From positions 132,010 through 196,009 of the forward strand of contig NMRA01000398.1 of the NCBI GenBank assembly GCA_002633005.1: a DNA stretch of 64,000 nucleotides. Reading direction: 5' to 3'. The notes under the pieces are model-generated. The model searched no databases. It was not told the DNA's origin and saw only the letters and a list, made by a program, of their open reading frames with translations. The translations under genes were made by a program, and so were the position numbers. Positions 38,119-49,029 of the stretch are shown here, piece after piece; the first letter of the stretch is position 1, and the number at the start of each line of letters is the position of its first letter. Source of the stretch: Phoronis australis. Its lineage: Eukaryota; Animalia; Phoronida.

Positions 38119-38664
38119 CAGCCGATTTCATAAAGGTGGTTTAACAAAACCAGGTTTAAGACTTAAACCTGGTCTTGCTAAACCTGGTCTAATTTTAGAC
38201 CTAACTTGCATTTCACCATCATGGTTTAAGAGTCTGAAAGCCTGGTTTTGCTAGACCAGGTAGCCGGTTCAGTAAAACCAGGCTTAAAGTATCAAAGGCA
38301 CCCCACTGTGTAGAGCCTGGTAAACCCAACAAAAAAGCTATTGAAGTGCTTCAATGGAATTGTGATCACGTGGGTTTCAATGACAGCTAGCACACAGTTG
38401 TAGGTAAAATCAGTGCAGAAGTATTTTCGTGGTGGCTCTGTCATCAATAAAATGAGNGATCTTAATACAGGTCTAAGTAATATATACCTCGTTGGTGAAA
38501 TGAAAACTGACTTAGACCGGGTCTTAACTGGAGTTAAACCAGGTTTTACAAGACCACTGGTCTAAAAGTTAAACCACCTTTATGAAATGCAGATTATCTT
38601 TAAACCTGGTCTAAGCCCAGTTTAAACCAGGTTTAACTTTAAACCACATTTATGAAATCGGCTG
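38119..38664. mobile_element. PIF/Harbinger (Tourist-like) MITE
   Basis: TIR cagccgatttcataaa.gtggtttaa at both ends, 3-bp TSD TAA, many aaaccaggttt palindromes. Confidence 0.9.
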
Positions 38665-39060
38665 TAAGAGAGCTGGAATATGTAAACATTGGTTTGCCAA
38701 CTTTCTTCCCTTGATAACGACACGCCCGTATCCTTACAGCCGATCAGAGAGACTTGGATACTTATTCCATAGCGAGGCAAAGTAACGTTCTGAAGCGAGC
38801 GCACTGGCTGCCGCTCAACAGCGAGTTTTCAGCCATTTTACGCGCACGCTCGCTCTCACTTTCGTCGGCTAACATCTCGGTTTAACACACCTGCGCGGTT
38901 ATAGAAATGACGGATTTGTCACTTGAAGTTTACACAGTTACCTCACAGTTCCAGTGTGTATATCTCTTTCGGTGACTTCGAAACCGTACTAACATGACTG
39001 CAATCCATTGCTCCTAAAATCTCACGTGAATACACGGTACATATAGCATAAGATACGCAC

Positions 39061-39116
39061 CTTAAAACCTCGGTTGCCTGCAGAAGAAACGCCGCGCCGA
39101 GCACAAACCATCCCAT
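39061..39116 (-). CDS. Duplicate signal-peptide exon 1b MGWFVLGAAFLLQATEVL(S); possible alternative first exon
   Basis: Same 56-nt length, ATG context and AG|gtgcgt donor as exon 1a, with no indels or stops. Expression is unknown. Confidence 0.6.
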
Positions 39117-40483
39117 TTTCAGTCGAAATGTTATCTGTGTCTTTGAAGAAAGAGTCGGAACTTGCTAGCCTAAACTAGGCTTAAAATACCAATATCTATG
39201 AATACCATACGCACGCTGTTACTCAATATTGAGCGTGCTCTTCGTGGGACGATTATGTATACTATCTCTATCGACCAATCAGCATCTCACAGTGTACATG
39301 GGCCCCAATTAGGACGTCATAAACAGTTTTTGTATAGTGTGCTTTCAAAACCAAACATTCACGTGTGCAGGGACACACTAATGCCCTTCAACTTCACAAC
39401 AAATGTTTCCTTGGCTTATTTTGTGTTTACCTTAATTCGGAAGATTACCTGCGATAATACATTTATAAAAGACTCTTGAAAGTCGTGCCACTTAGCGAGT
39501 ACTGTATTTGACTTTTTTAGGGCAAGATTACAAAATTCGCCTTGTCTTTTGATATCTGCACGATATGCAGTTAGTATGCTTTAAGTTGTTTGGTGAGTAC
39601 TTTCACCAGGCAATTTCGATTTAACATCTTCCGCATAACTCATAAACCAATTAGCTCATTGCATAAACTAAGCGAAATGTAACTATGCCTGAAACATGAG
39701 TAATCCTAAGGCACCTTGCATAAGATTGTCCCGGCTCAAATGATCCAGGTCATACCAAATACAGCGGTAGCACCTTCCCGTTGTACGTTGTTTGTGAGAC
39801 ATTTGTTCTACGTAAACACACCTTGAATGGTTTGTTCGGCCACCCCGTCAATTAATTGTCATCCCATAATTTGAAGATTAACTGTTGTGTAATATATTAT
39901 GGCATGTAATAATGTCTGATCCGGTTTGTTACTTTGCGATTACATATTTTACTTGATTATACTGGTTTTTGACAAAAGTTTAAGTTTATGGGATGCTTTA
40001 TTCGGTGTACTATTGAAAAGTTAGTTTTGTATACATGTATATACAACATTTTTGACGTTTTTTATGTTTTGAAAACATCGTATTTAAGTCACTTCCTTCA
40101 CCCATGTTTATCAAAATACCACTGGAAATGACGTACTCTGGTTGCCTCAGAATTATATTGAGTTACCTTTACTTATTGTGCACAAAAATTTTTCCTCTTT
40201 GTGTCAATAATCCTCTGGATTACATACATGTACCGAGGGTCAATGTTGTCAAAACTGCAACAATCAGATTCATTACTTTCTGTTAATTTGTATAAAACAC
40301 TCTGTCACTTTGCCAAGCGACACTTGTGTAGTTCAATGAGGAAAGTTAGCGCTTTCTTTCAATTCAGTTTTACTTGCGTGAAGCAGGAACTTCAAAACGT
40401 TCAGAGGCGCAAAGCCTCAGCAGTATGGAACGCCTCTAGCGTCACCTAGTAACGGGTCTTTTCTGACACGTGACGAGTCATTT

Positions 40484-42530
40484 CTATCAGAGACCGTAGA
40501 GAGGGAGACATTTCACCTAACGAAATCCTATTGGACGGCCACTAGCGGCCATTGGTGTTTCATGGACCGTAGAGACGTCTAGCGGGTTGGTGTGCAAAAA
40601 AAGTAATATGGCTGATACTCGTGGTCAGTGGTCACAGACACAAGATATTTCATCTGGTCATGTAGTTCATATAGATTTCCCCTAGTTAAATAATTCTGAG
40701 GGTAGTGCTGCGTCAAGTAACTTAAAAACAAGATATGGCGGCTGCAGTTCCTGAAAATACGATCAGAGGAACTTTTTGCCCTGCAGCAACAGTCAGTTGA
40801 AAAATCGGGATTTGCACTTCTAGTCCCCAATGATAAAGACAGGTGAGATATACGACAAGTGATACAAAGAATTCTTTTTGTGAAAATGCTGCCAGTCAAC
40901 CATTATGTTTTCAGAGTGATTTGAACTTGTTTTACCTTTAAGTTTCAAGGTTTTATTTGATTACTCAAAGCTAAATTGTGGTAATCAGATACATGTCCGG
41001 ATGATGGGTACTTGATTTTAGAGCCAGTTACTCCCAATGAATTATGCCCGTTATTCAGTGGTAGTAACTGGTTCTCAAATGAATTTTGAGTTAGGGACCC
41101 ACCTATCAAACTATAACAGAAATTGTCCTGCATGTGTTTCATGACTTAGGGCCTACCGATAACTTTTGTTTCTATTCTATGATTGGATCTAAACTGTAAT
41201 TTCTTTCATTTCTTCAACTCACTTCAGTGTTTATACATTCAGATCCACGAGATAGGTGATAAACAGCAAATGTGAGGACCTGCTAAGGAGAAAGGCTGTG
41301 ATATTAACTTAGTACAGTTGACTAGTATGGGTTCAGGTCTTTACTGTGATGGGCCTTCATTGTACTTTGAAGGACCTATAGTCCGGAGCGTCATTACTTG
41401 AGAAATATATCAATCAGGCGTTATTCCAAAGCAACATTACTCCGTATTGTGATTACTTAGCTACATTAATGGGAAAGAGTGAGCGACGCTGCATAGACAA
41501 TACTGCTTATGCCACATATTTTCCCTGCATGTTGTATTTGTTATAATGTAAATAATACTTTTCCAGCCAATAGAACACTGCTAAGCCACGAGTGAGCCCA
41601 GTGAAACACCCCTATCTGCTGAGCACAATACAGTGCTGCTTTAGTAAAGCTCTTAGGTGAGGTAATAGGACATAATTGATAATGACCACAATTTCATCCT
41701 CCATGACTGATGGTTTTGTTATACTTATTGTAGCTCACCTCTGTACTTAATATAGTTATAAAAAAGCGGACTCTATTGTTATATATATTGTATTGCTACC
41801 TGAAGCTAACCTCTCTACTTAATATAGAGACTTATATGTATACTTTCATTGATCTGAAATGGTATTTTAAGTATTTGTTTGGTTTAACACACTTGGGATT
41901 TTTAAAGCCCTTTGATTAAAAAGTATGCTGAAAATCAGAGGTTAAGTCTTGAGCCAGGCTGTTTGTGGGTATAAAAACAAGTATACAGTTGTAGGCAGTT
42001 AATATGTGTAGATACCTTAAATGTATTTTTGTATTCATTCATTTCAGAAAGTTGTTGACTTCCATGAGAAAGTAAGTCAAGCGGGGATGGCGAAAGCACC
42101 CAGCTGTCCCTATTGTGCCTGTGACTGTAGAGGGAATGAATTGTCAGTTCTGCTGTCGGATTAGGCATGGCGCCAGTAACTGCAGCATCTTTGGTGCTAC
42201 CATCAGAGACCGTAGATAGGGAGACAGTCCCTCTAGCGAAATCCCATCGGACGGCCACTGGCGGGCATTGTTGTCTCATGGACCGTAGAGACGTCTAGCG
42301 AGTGTGCGTGCAGTAAACAATGGGGCAAGATTTCAAGGCTCCCGTCAGCAAAAAAGCAATGGTGCTTTTTGCACTCCCTACGGCTGCAGCAACAGCTACT
42401 TGAAAATTCGTGACTTATGCTTTTTTGCTTCCTCAATGATTAAAATAGGTGATGTTCATGATTGAAACAGAGGATATTTTTGCGGGAAACTGTTGCCAGT
42501 CATTCAGTGATGGACTGGGTGATTTGAATT
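40484..42530. repeat. Diverged direct repeat pair (40484-~40930 and 42199-~42530)
   Basis: Shared core atcagagaccgtaga.agggagaca...ggacggccact.gcgg.cattg..catggaccgtagagacgtctagcg. Confidence 0.85.
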
Positions 42531-42991
42531 TAATGTCTTTACTGTTTCCTGCATTTGATTGCTGATATAGAAAATTATCATAAATTGTTTGCATGATTTT
42601 GGGAACTGATTAGCCCATTGATGCTTCTAATTACTTTTTTCATTTTGTTGTGCAGTCTTAATACATTAAGATCTAAAAGATAATTATATTTACTATTATT
42701 TACTAATTTTATTATTGTTTTTATCATATATTTGTTTTTATATCTATTCTTGATTATTTATTATTATTATTTATTTATTGTTAATTTTCTATTACTTATT
42801 TAAATTATTTCTTGTGATCCCATACAGTCAACATCCTGGCTGTCGTTGATCAATAATCTATATAAGATGGTCATGATATGGACTTCAGTGCATAATAGAT
42901 ATTACTTTTATGGTTTGGTAACCTACTTAATTATTTGCCATAGGAAGTGGTGAAGGAAGTGTTCTTTTAAAGGCACATTGAGCCATACATT

Positions 42992-43156
42992 CATTGGCGG
43001 CGCAACACTGAAAAAAGTGGGGGGCTAAAGCCCCCTCAACCCCCCTGTGCTGCACCACCGTGACCTAGAGACCATGTGCAGCGTAGCACTGAAAAAAGTG
43101 GAAAAGTGGGGGGGGGCTACAGCCCCCACCAGCCCCCCTATTGTGCGCCGCCCATG
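42992..43156. mobile_element. Two tandem mini-MITEs (same family as 14-88)
   Basis: Each has cat.gg/gc.gcg.a.cactgaaaaaagtgg...cccc..tgtgc..c.cc.tg. Confidence 0.65.
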
Positions 43157-43835
43157 TACATCTGTGAGCACTTCGGTAGTATGTGTAATACATTGGAGAC
43201 TTGTTACACTCCAGTGACGATGTCTTTTGTTTACAATTTTGTTTTGACATGGGTCTTAAAACACCAAGTCAGGAAATAAAGCGTTGTTATGTTATTTACT
43301 TTGAAGTTAGCCTGCCGACGCAGGCTGAATATGCCTTTAACTAACTGCTGATAGTTGATTTAAAAAAATGTGAATCATTTACGAGAGCCGGAAAGCTTCG
43401 TAAAAACTCCCGAATTGGAGTGCGTATTCGATAGACATCTTGGCTGTTTTATGGGGGCATACCAGGCAGGTTTACTGGACTTCAGGCAGGAATTCCATCT
43501 CTTACTGGTGTGGAACCCCTACCTCTCTTGCCTCCAAATTAATTCACCACAACCCACCCCAATTTGCTACCCATTTCAGATACGTTTTTGAGAGTTTTCT
43601 ACGTTGAATTCTCAATATGATTGAAAATAAGTAGGGATCTTTTCATGCAATGCGCCTAATTTAAGGACTAAGTCCCTTTTTTCTGAATCAAGAGCTCAGT
43701 TTTTAGTTATATTATTAAAAAAACGTCATAAGTCAAAAGAGGAGCTCACAATAAAGAGAAAATGATAGAAAAATATAAAAACTGTGAGAAAAAAAAGAAA
43801 AAAAATGCCCAAAAGATTTACCAGCTCAGTTGAGT

Positions 43836-43995
43836 ACAGGCGGATACAGCGTGGGGGGTCAAAGGGGTCTGGCCCCCATTTTCCTTGATTGTAGTGATAG
43901 CAATGCTAGAATTTTCAAATTGTTGTTTTGGGTCACCTTTCTTAAAAATCATTATCCGACCCCTCCCCCCTTTAAAAATCCTGGATATGACCCTG
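43836..43995. mobile_element. ~155-bp MITE with GGCGGAT-type end
   Basis: Homologous to 57838-57985 (aggcggat...gtcaaaggg...ccttgatt...aaattgttg...cccccccttaaaaa). Confidence 0.6.
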
Positions 43996-46002
43996 TTGGG
44001 TCGATATTTGGGACAGTTTCATGTAAATGGGCACAGACACAACTGTTTGAATCTAGGACGTCTTTAAGATGTGAATTTTCGAAAGAAAGATCTACTACTA
44101 GGAACTAGTACTGGTTCCTAGATTGACATTTTTGTTGGCCGAGTGTGCTCGATTTGTGTACCATTAGTCTAGGTTATGCAAAAGAATAGAGTCGTACAGC
44201 GTGTTGACAAGTATCTATAGTCTATAAACTACTATGGGAAGGTACTTCTAATTTCGAAAATTATGATGCGCACCCATTTAGAGATTGAACTCTTTTCCGG
44301 GAAAGGGGCCCATCTGTAAGAAACTGCTAAAAAAACTCACCTTTTGACAAAAAAATTACCAAAAAACTCCTTTCGTTTGGGTTAATTTCATCAGAGGGGA
44401 GGGGTGGTTCTCTAGTGAAAGTGTGCCACCAAGAGGTCAGAGTTTGGCTACCAAAAAGGTATCCAACCTACTTGGAAACCAAAAATTCCCTTTTGTAATC
44501 AGGGACACAAAAATCATAGAGGGACACATTTGTATACATATATACCTCTGACCTTAATTGACAAAAGAAAAAGTAATGTAGCCCCATGTTTCAATGCTTG
44601 CCACGTGGCTGCAAGGCAAGTTTCGGCCTCAGAGTGACCTAACCCAGAAAATTCTGCCCCCTCCCACATACTATAGTGAAAAATGAATGAATGTGGCCAA
44701 AAACTGGCAAATTCCTTGAATGTGTAACAGCGTCACCGAATGAACGGTACTCCAATAGGCATGAACACTGAACATTAATACCAGTACTCCAGAGTTTTGG
44801 GCGATATATCAATCTTGCATTCTTGTGTAAAAGATGTTTGCTTGCGATTTGTACCAGTCCCTATAACAGGACGCCCACATTTCTTCAAAAAGCCCTTGCG
44901 GCGAGTTTACTCAAATGTTTGAGTCTTTCCTATGATTAATGGATTTGGCTCAGCCATCTATTACACGGAAATTGGCGTTGAGACAAAAATATTCCCAGTG
45001 TCTTGCAATGTGCCTGGCCGTACAATATAGTAACAGTTCGTTAAATAACTTATTGTTATTTTACAGCTTGACTGGTTTAACTAGAAGTATACAGAAAGCT
45101 GTTGGTGGTGGTGGTGTTGATCAGGCTTCTGCAGCAAAACTATTGAATTTTGCTAGGGCGTTAATGGAGGAGGCAGAGCAAGCTGCATACGAATCAAGTG
45201 AGCATCATTGTTTGTGTATTGTAGTTTTGGCCTTGTAAATATATTGAATAAGTATTAGTAATATGATTACCTCTTTTTAATACAGTGTAATTTTAACAAT
45301 TGAACCGATGCCTATTAATGGTATCAGCGTGTCAACTTTACCTTTACCTTGAGATCCCTCTACTGTGAGTAATATGTTCAGATTATTCCTACGTGGATGA
45401 CTAGGTGTTCATTGCTGCCACATTCATTGCACAAGTTAATAGAGAACTCAGTTACGGATGTCTGGTTACTGAATATTTTAATATCAAAATCCTATTTGAA
45501 ATTGATACCATGCCGAGGTCCCTCGTTTTACATGACTCACCTGTGTGCATTTCAGCGTGATATTGTTTACGAATATGTTTGGTATTTGGTATTCTGTATC
45601 GGGCCATATACAGAAGCTCTCTATTCTTTTGTTTAACATTTCAATGAGTGATGTGTATTACAGGTGAAAACACATGTACATTGCAAGTACAGCGATATTT
45701 GGGTACAATCAAAGTTTGACATAACCTCATCTCACTTAGAGTGTACATGTATGATGAAGGCAAACTCCACATGACAAGATATGGCCGAATCAATGGGAGT
45801 TAGTTCCTCTACCATATTTGGTCGACTGAAGTATGTTGTAATTTCATTACCAGTGTTGAAGAATTGATTGTCTCCTGACTAGTGCTTAAGCTGCTACCAA
45901 TTTGATGGACAGGGCTTTTAATTAGTGTTGATTAATGCAATTGTATCATTTTTGTGGTGTAGTAAAAATCTTTAGATTGTTTCTGGTAAACCTCATCCAT
46001 GT

Positions 46003-46260
46003 CATAGGTGGATTGGGCGGGGGGGGGGCTACAACCTCCAACTGCCAACTACCCAGGAAGTCTTAAAAAGTACCTCCCCATATTTTTTGTTTGAACACAT
46101 TTTCGGAGTAGTCCGGACATACTTTCTTTGGTCCTTCCTGTTTATAATGGAGGCTTGTGTTTGGGGGGGGGGAGGAAAGGGCCCAAATTTTTGGGTAATG
46201 TGCCCGTGATTTTGATTACCTGCTGTCAGAGGGGGCCAGGTCCTCCTAAGTCCACTTATG
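46003..46260. mobile_element. MITE with cataggtgga / tccacttatg ends
   Basis: Inverted termini with subterminal G-runs, related to the other CAT(A/G)GGCGGAT elements. Confidence 0.55.
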
Positions 46261-46931
46261 CAGGGGTTGAGACCCAAAAATGTTGATACCCTTGTTTAAC
46301 AGTGTCTTTCACAAACAGTTCCCAGCGGAGTGTTAAAAGTAGTCCCTAATGGAGTGTCTTGGGTCACCAAAAACGTATCCAGTTGAAGTGAGAAACTGGA
46401 AAATGTAACCCTATTTGAGTGAAATGCTCAGACTAAATTTAGTTAGAGCCTTAAAATGACGTCTTGAAATCATTTTGTAGCTAACAACAGACACAGAGGA
46501 AAAAATCGATTCGCCAATGAGATTGCTATGTTTCATTTTCACAATTTCTGACCCTGAATCATGATCTTTTCTCGAAAATCACACCCTAAATGATGTGAAC
46601 ATGGCAAAAATCGCTGAAAAACAAACGTAAACCTCGTAACACATTACATACTGGTCTACCAAAAACAGTACCGGTTCATGCGTGTCTTTTTTAAGTATGT
46701 GTACCCAGATTTTCCATACCCCCGCTCTCTCTTTTCCACAAGTTGATACACGGTTCAGAGTGTTCTAAGCCAAAACAGAGTACCCTGCCAGAAAAAAGCC
46801 GGTGCGCATAATTAATTAAAGCACGCCATAAAAATAACCCTTTGATGCAGTGAGTAGGTTGAACAGTGTCAATATGTGATTCCCCACTGTGGGTTAAGAC
46901 TTAAGACTCTGAAATTATTTGAGCTAATTTA

Positions 46932-48270
46932 TTTTTACACACCTGTCTTTAGACAGGCGGTATTATGGTATGACCCTGGCATCGGGCGTCCGTCTGACAC
47001 AAGCCTGTCATTGCTTTAGCTCCTGAAATTTCGAATTCCAATTTGATAGTTGTATATTACCGGTAGCTCAGACCCATGCGAAATTCATAATCTTCTGATA
47101 AAAATAAGCCATTTCGTAAATTTTTGTGTTTAAGTGTGTCATTGCTGTAGCTCCTGCACTTTTGATCAGATTTATATCAAATTTGGCACGTACATGTACC
47201 ATGATTCCTGATAGCAACTTTGGCTTTGTGAAATTGCTTGCAATATACATGTACATATATCATACTGCTAAGTGCTGGTTAAAGGGGTTAGACACAGTTT
47301 AAAATTGTCGATGAATTATTTAAATTTTGGTATTTTGGCATTTCCTTAATGCAAACTTGCAGAAATACATTGGGGTCACCAAATTAGTTTTTCCATTACA
47401 CCCACCTAAACACAGGCACCCCTGACAAAAATGTGAAATTTATATGGTTTATCGAAAGTCACTTCTGATTGAAATTCTTCTAAAAACTGAAGGCATTCAT
47501 TGCACGATGCTAGTTTTAAGTTTAAATGGCCTCAATCATAATTCCTTGCTTACTGGTTGTCTTATGCCATTGTAAGTAAGTGTTTTTTTCTCGATTTTAG
47601 CATTTTGGCTTCTATACAAAAAGAAACATTGAAGAAAATTTGTTTTTATGTTTTTATTTTGACATGCCTTCATACTTGACTTGAAATAAGAAAATAAAAT
47701 TAGGGGGTCACTGACTTGAGCAACTTTAGATCAAACAGCATCACATTAGGCCCTTTTTAGAAGCGGGCAAATTTCAAGATTACGACGTTTTTCAGTAGAT
47801 GGCGATTACTTTATGTTCCGTTAGTTATGAAATAAGTTTAGTTGATGTGAATTACTAAATTGAGATTTCTTTTAATATATTCAAAATTCACTGCTTCTCT
47901 GAATTAAGAAACATAAAACAATTGTGTTTTGTGCCTGTCCTCCTGTTTTGCTTGGCATCATTTTCACATTTTGGATACAGTCTTGGGAAAATTTGATGTT
48001 GCGTGCTATCATTTTATGCTTTACTCTCAAAAGTTTAGCACTAAACCAATATTTTCATACTAAGTAATTTGTTAGCTGAAATAAAAAATTCAACTGTTTT
48101 GTAAATTAGTCGACGTTGCAAAACAAGGACTGCTTTTCAACTTTTTGACAAACTGTGTCAAACCCTGTTAAACAGTAATGGCACTGTTACTATCCCTATT
48201 TGGCACATTTACATTTTGTACTTGAAGTATTATGCACACTCTTGACAGGTGTATCCTAAAGCCACGTGTG
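46932..48270 (+). mobile_element. HINE/pearl-like Helentron-associated element
   Basis: T-run, subTIR acacctgtc, IR gacagg, gtattatggtatg and gcgtccgtct microsatellite seed; 3' gacaggtgta followed by a short palindrome. Confidence 0.6.
47283..48167. mobile_element. Kolobok-like non-autonomous element
   Basis: TTAA on both sides; TIRs aggggttagacacagttt / aaactgtgtcaaaccctg. Confidence 0.7.
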
Positions 48271-49029
48271 GTGCATCGGCTTCGACGTTACTATGTCGAT
48301 GTTTCTTCGTCCTCAGGGAGTATGCCAAGTCTTCAAGACAATACAATGAGGTTGCGGACTCACAACTAGATTCAGCTGTTGAAGGTATAGCTGGTTTGTA
48401 TTATTAAATTGCACTTCAAAGTTCAACTGAACTATTTATCAGTGGATTATATTTACAGTAAAAACCCGCAAATAAGCGCATGTGAAGCAATGCATTTTTT
48501 GTCAAACTTTCCTCCTCAAATGTTCCGCACATACATGTCTATGTGCATGTTCTTAAGCTTCGCAATTACGTGCATGCGAGTCACCTCATACAGATGCACA
48601 ATGGTGCTCCGATTATAGACCAATTTTTCATGTTTTGATATGCAAGGATATAATTTAAGAAATTTATATGTTTAATCCATTAGGTTCAATGTATCATATT
48701 CATTACTCCACATCTTAAATATCAATTATCATATTGTGTTTGTTTTGACTTTATTTCTGTTTCTGTTGACGAAGGGTGTTATTATATCTGAAAATTTCAA
48801 TTGATCCAAATTGTTGTTTTATTTACCTATACATATTCTACCTTTCGTGAAACAATAGTATCCTTGAGAGGATCTGGATCGCCTTATTTAGTTTCAGAAT
48901 TATTTTCTACGTTATTTATTTTTGTGAATTTAATATTTGTTTTAGTCTTAGTCTTATGCTGCTTTATTTTCTCCCATTGTAGATTCACGGTTACTGCATC
49001 AGATAATAGTAAAGTCCTTTAAAGTCAAA

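Larger units (their letters stand above)
28376..39430. repeat. Segmental duplication copy B
   Basis: Paired with copy A as listed there; it carries its own copy-specific insertions. Confidence 0.9.
45067..48384 (+). pseudogene. Decayed, intron-containing IS3EU-like transposase N-terminal (HTH) region
   Basis: Exons 45067-45197, 45664-45830 and 48317-48384 have AG/GT ends and matching phases. Translation SKFDITSSHLE...T*QDMAESMGVSSSTIFGRLK|EYAKSSRQYNEVADSQLDSAVE, with one frameshift and one stop. Confidence 0.6.
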
